From assembly GCA_039028615.1 (NCBI GenBank), contig JBCCHT010000020.1, forward strand, positions 96,001 to 160,000: 64,000 nucleotides of DNA, in the 5' to 3' direction. Below the pieces are notes generated by a model. It searched no databases. It saw only the letters and a program-made list of their open reading frames with translations, and had not been told where the DNA came from. Within the stretch, counting starts at the first letter, position 1. Each line of letters starts with the position of its first letter. Shown piece after piece: positions 1-8,801 of the stretch. The position numbers and the translations under genes were made by a program. This DNA comes from Myxococcota bacterium (lineage in GTDB: Bacteria > Myxococcota_A > Polyangia > Nannocystales > Nannocystaceae).

Positions 1-107
1 TGCGCATCCATGAGCCGCACGAGCTGTTCCCGCGGCAGCGGCGAGACGGCCTCGGCTCCCGCGTCGGCCTCGGCTTCGGGCACGGGCTCGTCCGGGTTGG
101 CGCTCAT
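1..107 (-). CDS. 5' part of a gene running off the left edge (MSANPDEPVPEAEADAG...)
   Basis: ATG at 107 opens a frame to the window edge; TAGACT box 7 nt upstream; GC-rich third codon positions. Confidence 0.5.
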   Translation of the reverse strand, partial: MSANPDEPVPEAEADAGAEAVSPLPREQLVRLMDA

Positions 108-123
108 GCGCCGGAGTCTACTC

Positions 124-1101
124 TCAGAAGCGCCCCGCCACGCTGATGCCGGAGAAGGTCCGCGTGATGACGGGTTGGGCCCGAATTCGCGAGACCAAGG
201 ACTGATGGTCGCGGGTGTATCGACGGTAGCCCGTGCCGTAGGCGCCCAGGACCAAGCCGGCCGTGACGGCACCGAGGCTCGCGTAAGCCCCCGTCTCGAG
301 GGTCGCAACGGAGCAGGTGTCGGTTTGACAGCCGAGGTAGCCGACGAAGCGGGTGATGATCCACAGCCCCGCGCCTCCGCCCACCAGGCCCCAGCCCAGC
401 CTCGGCTTGACGGGGACGAACGAGGGGCGAGCCTCTCCGGTCTCGAACATGTCGTGGTGCGCCTGCGAACGACCCCGCATGCCCATGCCCCCGCCGATCA
501 TTCCTAACGAGATCACGAAGGCCGGATTGGCCGTGACCCCACCCGTGAGCAACCAGAACTGAGGCCCGAGGAAGGAATTGCCCACCTCGCCGATGGCAAT
601 CGCGGACACGTAGCCGCGATAGATGAGGGTCCCGGCCCCGATCACGCCACCGACGGCGAGCAACGCGGTGCCCTTGTACTTGGGTGCGGGATAGGTCTTG
701 GGGGCGTCGGTATCGATGGGGCTGAGCTCGACCACGGGAAGCGGCTCGGCGACGGCGTCGGACATCAACGGGGCCGTACCGGGACCGGCGGGTGGGGGCA
801 TGACCGCGGGTGCGGGCTCGACCGCGACGGCGGGCACGGACTCGGGCTGAGGCGGCGCGGCCTCGGCGGTGGGCTCGGGTAGAGCGGCACTGTCCGGCGG
901 CACGACGGGCTCGGGCTCCGCGGGTTCGGCGGGCGGCGCTGGCACCATGGAATCGGGCCGCATCAGGGGAGGCGACTCGGGGGCGGGCGCGGCCGTCTGG
1001 GGGGCAACGACGCCGGGAGTCTCGGCGGGCAGGGCTGGCGCCGCAGCCTGAGCCACGAGCATTTGGCCCAGCAGGGCGAACATCGACGACGAAAGAGCCA
1101 T
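124..1101 (-). CDS. Exported Pro/Ala-rich membrane protein ending GISVAGRF; paralog of 16946-17947
   Basis: Signal-like N-terminus, PEP-rich linker, Gly-rich hydrophobic helices, terminal beta-strand-like motif ending in Phe. Confidence 0.8.
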   Translation of the reverse strand: MALSSSMFALLGQMLVAQAAAPALPAETPGVVAPQTAAPAPESPPLMRPDSMVPAPPAEPAEPEPVVPPDSAALPEPTAEAAPPQPESVPAVAVEPAPAVMPPPAGPGTAPLMSDAVAEPLPVVELSPIDTDAPKTYPAPKYKGTALLAVGGVIGAGTLIYRGYVSAIAIGEVGNSFLGPQFWLLTGGVTANPAFVISLGMIGGGMGMRGRSQAHHDMFETGEARPSFVPVKPRLGWGLVGGGAGLWIITRFVGYLGCQTDTCSVATLETGAYASLGAVTAGLVLGAYGTGYRRYTRDHQSLVSRIRAQPVITRTFSGISVAGRF

Positions 1102-1181
1102 GAACCAAGCGCCTCTGTGCCCAGATAGTGCCCCGACCCGCCCATTCGATCATGGGCGCACTGCGTTTATGATCCCCGCTC

Positions 1182-2048
1182 GTGTCCGCGATCTCCGCAA
1201 CGCTCCCCGAGGCGCGCCCCTGCCCCGCCTGTGACTCGTCGCGCTCGCAGTGGGCGTTCGTGGTCGATGGCTTTCCCCATGTGCAGTGCCAGGAGTGCGG
1301 CTCGGTGTTCGTCTCGCCGCTGCCCACCGAGGAGGTCGTGCAGGCGACGTACCTCGACCCCGACTATCACGGCGAGATCGCGGGCTCGGTAGAGCGCATG
1401 CGCGACGAGGCCCGTGCTCGCGCCCGCGTGATGCAGGAGCGTGGCTGCACTCGCGTGCTGGAGATCGGCTGCGGTGCGGGATTCTTCGTGGAGGCGCTGC
1501 TGGAGCTGGGCATCGATGCGCAGGGCGTCGATCCGGGTCCGCAGGCCAAACAGGCGGCGGCGCGAGGACTGCCGATCCACCCGATCTGGCTGGAGCAACT
1601 GGAGCCCGACCGCCCCTTCGACGGCATCGCGATGTTCGAGCTGCTCGAGCACCTGCCCGATCCGGTCACCGCCCTGCAATGGTCGCAGCGCCACACGAGG
1701 CCGGGAGCGACGCTCGCGTTGTCCACGCCGAGCGCCTCGGGGCTGCCCGCCCGCATGTTGGGTCGGCGCTTTCCCATGTTCTGCCCGCCCAATCACCTGG
1801 AGCTGTTCACCCGACGCGGGCTCGAGCGGCTGCTGGCGCGCGGCGGCTTTCGGCCCTTCCGTTGGGACAGCTTCTCCAACCTCGACCACGCCGCGCTCAA
1901 GCGGGGTTTCCAGCGGTTCTTGCTCGGGAGATCCGGGCCCGCGGGCTGGGTTGCGGGGCACTTGGCCACGGCTGCGTCCGTTCCGACGCAGCTGGTCGAC
2001 AAAATGGGTCAGGGAACCTCGTTCGAGGTCTATGCCGAGCGCGAGTGA
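1182..2048 (+). CDS. Class I SAM-dependent methyltransferase with N-terminal Zn ribbon
   Basis: CPAC...CQEC, VLEIGCGAG motif I, FELLEHLPDP, PPNHL. Confidence 0.9.
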   Translation: MSAISATLPEARPCPACDSSRSQWAFVVDGFPHVQCQECGSVFVSPLPTEEVVQATYLDPDYHGEIAGSVERMRDEARARARVMQERGCTRVLEIGCGAGFFVEALLELGIDAQGVDPGPQAKQAAARGLPIHPIWLEQLEPDRPFDGIAMFELLEHLPDPVTALQWSQRHTRPGATLALSTPSASGLPARMLGRRFPMFCPPNHLELFTRRGLERLLARGGFRPFRWDSFSNLDHAALKRGFQRFLLGRSGPAGWVAGHLATAASVPTQLVDKMGQGTSFEVYAERE

Positions 2049-2115
2049 GTCGCGGTCACCAACGCGGATTCGGTGCTGAACGAGTGCGCGACGTGGGGCT
2101 ACCATTGCGCCCACG

Positions 2116-3084
2116 GTGAGCAAGGGAAACGATCCAAAGCCCGGCGACACGATGCCGTCTGCGAGCCGCAGCGCGAACTACAGCACGTTGCAGCTGTTGT
2201 CGGCGACCAACCAGGGCATCCGTAGCCTGGCCGACGCGGCCGCCATCGCCAGCAACCCCGCGGTGGTGGCCGACTTCTTCGGAGCCACCGACGTCGGGAA
2301 GGTGCGCAAGGGCAACGAAGATCAGTTCCTCGTCGCGACGCTCGAGCGCTCGCTGTTCATCGAGGGCTCGAGCTTGCCGGCCGAGGCGGGCACCCGACTC
2401 ACCGACACGCCGCAGGGACGGCTGCTGATCGTCGCCGACGGCATGGGGGGTCACGGCGCGGGCGAGCTGGCCAGCGCGGTGGCGACCGATGCGATGGCCC
2501 ACTATGCCTTCGCCGCGATGCCGTGGGCGGTGGGCCGCGGTCGCTTGAGCAGCGAAGAGGTGGCGCAGGGCCTACGGGACGCGGTGACCAAGGCCCAGGC
2601 GAGGATCCGCCGGGTGGCGCAGCGCAAGCACGTCGACGATCGGCTCGGCACCACGCTGACCATGGCCTATCTGACCTGGCCCGACCTGCACTTGGTGCAC
2701 GTGGGCGACAGCCGGGCCTACCTGCTGCGCGACGGCACGCTGCATCGGCTGACCAAGGACCACACGCTCGCGCAGCAGCTGGTCGATGGCCAAGCGATGA
2801 CCCCCGACGAAGCGGCACGCTCTCGGCTCTCGCACGTGCTGGTCAATGCGGTCGGAGGCGGCAGCGACGAACTCAACGTGGAGCTTCACCGCGTGAAGCT
2901 CAAGCTCGAAGACCAGCTGCTGATGTGCACCGACGGCCTGTACGACATGGTCTCGGAGAAGATGATCGCGGCCCACCTCGAGGACCACTCGATCCCGGTC
3001 GACAAGGTCGTGCACGGCCTCATCCGCGCCGCCAACCAGGCCGGCGGACGAGACAACGTCACCGTCGTCCTCGCCCGGTTCTAA
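2116..3084 (+). CDS. PP2C/PPM-family Ser/Thr protein phosphatase
   Basis: TDVGKVRKGNED, VADGMGGH, HVGDSRAY, CTDGL, GGRDNVT. Confidence 0.95.
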   Translation: MSKGNDPKPGDTMPSASRSANYSTLQLLSATNQGIRSLADAAAIASNPAVVADFFGATDVGKVRKGNEDQFLVATLERSLFIEGSSLPAEAGTRLTDTPQGRLLIVADGMGGHGAGELASAVATDAMAHYAFAAMPWAVGRGRLSSEEVAQGLRDAVTKAQARIRRVAQRKHVDDRLGTTLTMAYLTWPDLHLVHVGDSRAYLLRDGTLHRLTKDHTLAQQLVDGQAMTPDEAARSRLSHVLVNAVGGGSDELNVELHRVKLKLEDQLLMCTDGLYDMVSEKMIAAHLEDHSIPVDKVVHGLIRAANQAGGRDNVTVVLARF

Positions 3085-3526
3085 ACCTCGAACCCGAGTG
3101 CGGGGGTCGACCGTCGGCCGATAAAGTCGGCAGGCACGGGGCGGACGAGCTCCCGACTCGTCCGCACCCGGCCGCCGCGCCGTTCCTCTTGCGTGGACTG
3201 CCCGGCGAGTTTCCCGACTACGCTGGCTGGTCCACGTCCTCCTCGATCGGATCTTCGTTCCCTCGTGCCGTCATCCCTTGCTGGGTCCCGACCACCACAA
3301 TCGGGGGTCCCGGGATTTGTCGCGGCACTAACGGGGCGGGCTGACCTCTCGATGTTTTCTACGTTACACCAAATTTGGCAGGCAATCACGGACCAGTTGG
3401 GTTTGGGATCCTAGAGTCACGCCCCAGAGGCGGCCGGCACCCCAAGGGACCCCCGACACGCGCGAAAGCGCGCTGAACTTTTAGTAGGACAGAGTAGGAA
3501 ATCTCCATTCATACCGGTGTCTGTAG

Positions 3527-4876
3527 GTGCGTATGGGCGGGGCACCGATGATGAATGCACAGGTGGGAGGCCATCCGGCGAGCCCGGGGTCGAGCTACGC
3601 GGCTTCTGGAGCGCAGTGGATGGCCCATGGGCGCCCCGATCAGGCGGTTCACCTGTTTCGCGCCGCGCTGGATCTCGAGCCGAGCAACGTTCGCTTCCGC
3701 ATGATGCTGGCCGACTGCCTCGTGCGCTGTGCCCAGCTGCCGGCCGCCGCCCGCGAATATCTGGAGGTCGCGCGCGACTACGCCGCGCGACGTCGCGACG
3801 GCGAGCTGAGCGCGATTTGCTACCGCGTGCTTCAGCTCGACCCCAGCCAATTCGTCTACATGGCGGTCGCCGAGATGCTGCGTCGCATGGGGCGCCGGGC
3901 CCGCCCGCTCTGTGCGGCCGCGGCCGAGGCCCATCTCGCCGCCGGCCGGGTCAACGACGGGCTGCACATGCTGCGCCTCGGCGCCGAGCTCGATGCCCAC
4001 AACCCCGAGCCTCGCCGTCGCCTCGCGCAGATCTATCTGTCGCAGCACATGGTCTCGGATGCAGTGGCCCAGCTGGTCGAGGCGGGGCGCCTGCTGCTGG
4101 CGGCGGGCAACAATGCCGAGTACGTCGAGGTCGCCACCCAGGTGCTGCAGCTCGACCCGCGACACCTGGATACGCTTCGCGAGCTACCCCGCGTGTACCT
4201 GCGGGTCGGCGAGCCCCAGCAGGCGGTGGTGGTCCTGTCGTCGCTGATGCGGGTGAGCCCGGGAGACACCGCCGGCTACGAAGCCCTCGCGCATGCGTTC
4301 GCGGCGATCGGTCGGGTGCCGACCTCACTGTCCGTGCTGCGCCGACTCATCGGCGAGCTCGACCAGACCGGTCGTCGGGGACTCGCCGACGAGATCGTTG
4401 CCCGCGCCCGTCACTGGCGACTCGAAGATGCGTCCTTTGCCGAGAAGGTCGGCAGCCTTCGCCGCCCCGCCACGCCGCCGCTGCCACGACCGCCGCGACC
4501 GACCACCGCCGAGGGCACCGTCGTCCTCGACATTCGCGACCTGCTGCCCGGCGCCGACGACTCGGAAGAGATCTGCACGCTGGATTCCGCCGACCTCATC
4601 GAGCTCGAGGACGCCGAAGGCACCATGGTCCTGCGCCTGCACGATCTGTCGCATGTCGGCCCTGCCCCGACGCGGCCGCCCGCCGTGCCTCCCACCGACC
4701 CGGGCGCGACGCAGGCCCTCGACCTGACCGACCTCCACGACCTCACCACCATGGCCTACGACGAGGAATCGGGCGAGCTGGCGGCGGGCGACGATGGCGA
4801 GACGCTGCGAATGACCCAGTTGCCCGCAATCCCGCCGATTCGCCCCGCTCGCCGCGGAATGACGGCCCGGCACTAA
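3527..4876 (+). CDS. TPR-repeat protein with acidic/Thr-rich disordered C-terminus (start may be 3548)
   Basis: Repeated TPR-like helices (ALDLEPSN, VLQLDP twice), Pro-rich linker. Confidence 0.8.
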   Translation: MRMGGAPMMNAQVGGHPASPGSSYAASGAQWMAHGRPDQAVHLFRAALDLEPSNVRFRMMLADCLVRCAQLPAAAREYLEVARDYAARRRDGELSAICYRVLQLDPSQFVYMAVAEMLRRMGRRARPLCAAAAEAHLAAGRVNDGLHMLRLGAELDAHNPEPRRRLAQIYLSQHMVSDAVAQLVEAGRLLLAAGNNAEYVEVATQVLQLDPRHLDTLRELPRVYLRVGEPQQAVVVLSSLMRVSPGDTAGYEALAHAFAAIGRVPTSLSVLRRLIGELDQTGRRGLADEIVARARHWRLEDASFAEKVGSLRRPATPPLPRPPRPTTAEGTVVLDIRDLLPGADDSEEICTLDSADLIELEDAEGTMVLRLHDLSHVGPAPTRPPAVPPTDPGATQALDLTDLHDLTTMAYDEESGELAAGDDGETLRMTQLPAIPPIRPARRGMTARH

Positions 4877-4969
4877 AGGGATTGTCCCGACTCCGCGTGG
4901 GTTCAGGAACACACGCGCAGGCTTTGCTCGGAGGCGTTCCGCTGCAACAATGGCGTTCGCTGAGGTCGA

Positions 4970-6460
4970 ATGGCCAGCGACAGCACCGTACTCCTCCACT
5001 TCGGTCGACATGCGATCCGCCCCACGGAGATCGTCTCCCTGGCGGACGGACGAATGCGTGCGGTCATCGAGACCGACGAGGGGTATCGAAGCCGGCTGAC
5101 GCGTGGCGCCGAGGTCGTTCGGCAGCGGCTGGACGCGGGCAACCCGGTGGTCGATCAGCTCGATGGCCATCAATCGGGACCCCCGGATGCCATCGGCTTG
5201 GTGCGGCGCTACGGCACGGCCACCGACGGCCTGCTGCGCGACCGTGAGTCCGCGGCCGTCATCGCGGCGCGGCTGTCCGTGCTCTCGCGCGGCTACTCGG
5301 GGGTGCGGGTCGAGGTGCTCGAGCTGATGTGCGAGCTGCTCAACCGCCGCGTGCTCCCGCAGATCCCCGCCAGCACTCCGGGCTCGAGCGACGGCGGGCT
5401 CATCCCGATGTCTCACCTCGCCGCCGCCCTCACCGGGCAGCGCGAGGTCAGCTACCACGGCCGGGTGGTGCTCGCGAGCGAGGCCTTGCGAGCGGCTCGC
5501 CTCAGCCCGGTGGAGCTACGCCCCAAAGAAGCGCTCGCGATCATGAGCGGCACGTCCATGGCCGCCGGACTCGGGTGTCTCGCCTGGGAACGCGCCCGTC
5601 GCTTGGTTCGCTTCGCCACCGCCCTGACCGCGATGGCGCACGACGTCATCGGTGGCAACCCCTCGCACTTCGATCCGCGGCTCGACGAGCTCAAGCCTCA
5701 TGCAGGGGCCCGCACCGTCGCCCGGTGGATCCGCGAGGACATCGAGTTCGACGGCCGCACCGACGGCCAAGGCCCGGACCCCGGCGTGGTTCGCTGCTCG
5801 ACCCAGGTGCTGGGCGTGCTGGTCGACTCGGCTCGGAACGCGGAAAAAGCACTGGAGATCGAGCTGTCCTCGGTCAGCGATGCCCCCGTCGTCGACCCCG
5901 AGACGGGCGACGTGCTGGTCGGCGGCAGCAGCTACGGCGCCCACGTGGCCTCGGTGCTCGATGGCCTCAAGAGCGCCGTCGCAGCCATGGTCGGGCTGCT
6001 CGAGCGCCTGCTGGCCCTGGTGTGCGATCCCGAGGTCAACGGCGGGCTCCCCCGTGACCTCGTCGCCAACCCCAAGGTCGGCCGATATGGGTTCCGACCC
6101 ATGCGCGCGACGGTGGCCGGGCTCGCCGCCCAAGAGCGCAAGCACGCCCTGCCGAGCACCGGGTTCTTCACCGCGCTGGGCACCGAGCACGACATGCCCT
6201 GCCCCGCGCAGTTGTCCGCCATCGACTGCCTGCGAGCGCTGTCCGTCGCCGAGACGGTGGCCGCCATCGTGGCGCTCGGCATGTGTCAGGGCGTCGACCT
6301 CCGCGACGGTCGGGGCTGCCATCGCCGCGCGAGCTCGATCTACGGGGCCGTTCGACAGCTGGTGCCGCGGCTGACCCAAGACCGCGCGCAGGACCACGAT
6401 GTGGTCACGGTGCTCGAGCTGTTCCGGGCCGGGCTGCTGCCGCTGGGCAACCTCTCCTGA
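4970..6460 (+). CDS. Aromatic amino acid ammonia-lyase (HAL/PAL) family homolog with degenerate active site
   Basis: SRGYSGVR, LRPKEALAI, RC, GLP, QGVDLR and DRAQDHD framework motifs present; GASGDL MIO motif replaced by SSDGGL. Confidence 0.85.
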   Translation: MASDSTVLLHFGRHAIRPTEIVSLADGRMRAVIETDEGYRSRLTRGAEVVRQRLDAGNPVVDQLDGHQSGPPDAIGLVRRYGTATDGLLRDRESAAVIAARLSVLSRGYSGVRVEVLELMCELLNRRVLPQIPASTPGSSDGGLIPMSHLAAALTGQREVSYHGRVVLASEALRAARLSPVELRPKEALAIMSGTSMAAGLGCLAWERARRLVRFATALTAMAHDVIGGNPSHFDPRLDELKPHAGARTVARWIREDIEFDGRTDGQGPDPGVVRCSTQVLGVLVDSARNAEKALEIELSSVSDAPVVDPETGDVLVGGSSYGAHVASVLDGLKSAVAAMVGLLERLLALVCDPEVNGGLPRDLVANPKVGRYGFRPMRATVAGLAAQERKHALPSTGFFTALGTEHDMPCPAQLSAIDCLRALSVAETVAAIVALGMCQGVDLRDGRGCHRRASSIYGAVRQLVPRLTQDRAQDHDVVTVLELFRAGLLPLGNLS

Positions 6461-6553
6461 AGGCACCTGGGTCCATGCGTCGAGTGGTCGCTTCGCCGCG
6501 GTCAACGGTGTGGTGCGACCGCCGAGCGTCGCTACGCTTCGAATCGCTCCGCC

Positions 6554-7474
6554 ATGCCGCTTCGCAACGCTTCGATCTGCCGCGCCTCGTCCTTCCTCGC
6601 CCTGTCGCTGGTGGCCGCCACGGCCTGCCGTAGCCCCGATTCGTCGACCGATCCGGGGCAGAGCGACGACGCGGCCGACGGCAACGGCAGCGCCCCCATC
6701 GTGTACGACGACTGCGTGCTCTCGTCCGGCAACGGCACCGTGCCCGAGCAGCTCCACACCCGCGGAAGCGTGAGCACCACGAGCGACTGGGGCCGCTTCA
6801 CCAAGTCCCTCGAGGTCTACGGCATCACGCTCGTGGCCAAGGACGACGTATCCGATGCGTTCCTCGAGGCGGTGGCGACCAGCATCGTCGAGCTGTTCCC
6901 GCAGACGGTGCCGTCGCCCGAGGAACAGGCCGAGATCCTGCGCAACCTGTACCGCTACCGGGCCGTCATCCCCGTGTTCGCGGGGGGTGAGCGGGGCATC
7001 GACGAAGCCGCGATCGAGTCCATCCAGGGCACGGCGAGCGTCTGCGACATCATCATGCTCGACGTCCCCGAGCGGCAGGCGATGGAGGTCATCGAGCACG
7101 TGCTGCACATCGTGTCCGACGTGGGCTTGCACCACGCGTATCCCGAGCGCTGGGGCATGACCAGCGGCTCGGAGCTGTTCGCCTCGCGCAACGCCGCCCG
7201 GGACGAGGGCGCCTACGACACGTCGTCGTATGGCGACATCGACGAGGCTCCCATCCGCGAGCGTGTCGAGCTCCAGGAGTATGCGTACTGGGTGATCACC
7301 ACGTACTGGGATCTGCAGAGCGGCTACGGGCCCAACGAGCGAGAATGGACCGCACGCACGCCCGCCCAGCTCGAGCAACGGGTGCCCAGCGCCTACTCGC
7401 TGGTGGAGGCGACGGTGGGTCGCACCATGGCCGCGCCATCCACCGCGACCATGGATACGCTCGACGCCTGGTAA
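6554..7474 (+). CDS. Lipoprotein, possible zinc-binding/metallopeptidase-like
   Basis: Lipobox-like ATAC; EVIEHVLH and downstream QEYAYW. Confidence 0.7.
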   Translation: MPLRNASICRASSFLALSLVAATACRSPDSSTDPGQSDDAADGNGSAPIVYDDCVLSSGNGTVPEQLHTRGSVSTTSDWGRFTKSLEVYGITLVAKDDVSDAFLEAVATSIVELFPQTVPSPEEQAEILRNLYRYRAVIPVFAGGERGIDEAAIESIQGTASVCDIIMLDVPERQAMEVIEHVLHIVSDVGLHHAYPERWGMTSGSELFASRNAARDEGAYDTSSYGDIDEAPIRERVELQEYAYWVITTYWDLQSGYGPNEREWTARTPAQLEQRVPSAYSLVEATVGRTMAAPSTATMDTLDAW

Positions 7475-8542
7475 TCAGCGAGGCCACGCCACGGGCGAGC
7501 TGCACAGGGAGATCCCGCCCACATGAGGGTCTTCGAAGCGGACGTCCTGGACGGTACCGTCGGCGGCCAGCGTCACCCACTCGCTGCCCACCACGATGCG
7601 CGGCCCCTGCGGTGACAGGGCCACCGCCACGGGGTACCGAGGTCGCACGAGCGCCTGCTCGTTCGGCACGACGGCCTCGACCTCGCCGTCGGCCGAGAGG
7701 GTCCAGAGCATGGAGGCAGAATCGCAGCCCAGGGTGCCCACCGCGGCGATGGTCGAGCCGTCCGGGGAGATGGCCACGCTGGTGAACGGAGCGTCGGGCT
7801 TCACGCCCGGCAACGCCTCGGGGCGCCCCGCGATCCAGCGATGAGCCGTCGGTCGGCCCTGCCGCTCGATACCCGCACTCACCCACTGCCCCTCGGGTCG
7901 CACCGCCAGCGCCTGCACGATGACCTGATGCCCCTCGAAGGGCCCGTCCGTCTGCCCGGTGGCGAGGTCGACCCGCCACAGCCGATCGCCGCCGCCTTCG
8001 GCCAGCGTCGAGCTGGCCACCACGACCTCGCGAGCATCCGGGCCGAACGCGACCGCGGTGAGCGTGGGCTCGAAGCGTTGTCGCAGGCGGGGCCGAAGGT
8101 GCTCCATTTCGTAGATCTCGAGCCGCTCCGCGCCAAAGACCGCCACGTGGGAGCCATCGGCCGACAGCGTCACCCCATCGCAGGCCTTCACCGTTCGAGC
8201 CTGGTGGCGCCCCTCGGACAGCACCCATCGCTCGAGCCGACACCGACGTCGCGCACCCGATGGCCGCACCACCGCGGCGAGCCTCTGCCCCTGGCCGTCG
8301 AGGGCCACCGCCACCACCGTTCCGTCGAGCTCGGCGAGCGGGATCCGGCCGATCGGGGTGTGCTGCCATAGCTCGAGGCCACCCTTCCCATCGACCGCGG
8401 TCCGGGCCAGCCGCGACCCGTCACCGCTGAGGCGGGGGCTCACCACGGGCACCGGGCCTGTGCTCCTGCGCGCGCAACCGAGGCTCCCCGCCCCCGAGGT
8501 GAGCACGGCCAGGCCGACAACCGCGAGCGACGAGCCATTCAT
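7475..8542 (-). CDS. WD40-like beta-propeller lipoprotein
   Basis: SLGC lipobox; AVAFGPDA, EGHQ..VQALAVRPEGQW, SVAISPDGSTIAA repeats; start moved to ATG 8542. Confidence 0.8.
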   Translation of the reverse strand: MNGSSLAVVGLAVLTSGAGSLGCARRSTGPVPVVSPRLSGDGSRLARTAVDGKGGLELWQHTPIGRIPLAELDGTVVAVALDGQGQRLAAVVRPSGARRRCRLERWVLSEGRHQARTVKACDGVTLSADGSHVAVFGAERLEIYEMEHLRPRLRQRFEPTLTAVAFGPDAREVVVASSTLAEGGGDRLWRVDLATGQTDGPFEGHQVIVQALAVRPEGQWVSAGIERQGRPTAHRWIAGRPEALPGVKPDAPFTSVAISPDGSTIAAVGTLGCDSASMLWTLSADGEVEAVVPNEQALVRPRYPVAVALSPQGPRIVVGSEWVTLAADGTVQDVRFEDPHVGGISLCSSPVAWPR

Positions 8543-8801
8543 CGACGGTGAGGGATCATCGCATACCCCTGTTCGCGCCCGCCGAGGGCCAGGGGGCGGA
8601 CGCGTCGGGCCCCACGGACGACGGCGTGTGACCCCGCTCGCGTGGGCCCATGACCGGCCCCGCTGCCGAGCTGGGAGCACCGAAGCGCCCCTGCGCTGCT
8701 AGAGCCATCAATGGCGCCAGATCGACGCAGAACGACCGATATCGTCCGAGGGCCGAACTCCACGTGGAGCCGAGCCCTTCGGCCTGCTAGCTTCGTCGGT
8801 C

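Noticed and set aside
1182..2048. Methyltransferase as a tailoring enzyme of the graspetide
   Set aside because: More than 10 kb away, on the opposite strand and not PIMT-like; no evidence of linkage.
3085..3526. Long intergenic region as an ncRNA or riboswitch
   Set aside because: No recognisable RNA family motif or convincing long stem found by eye; an Rfam search would be needed.
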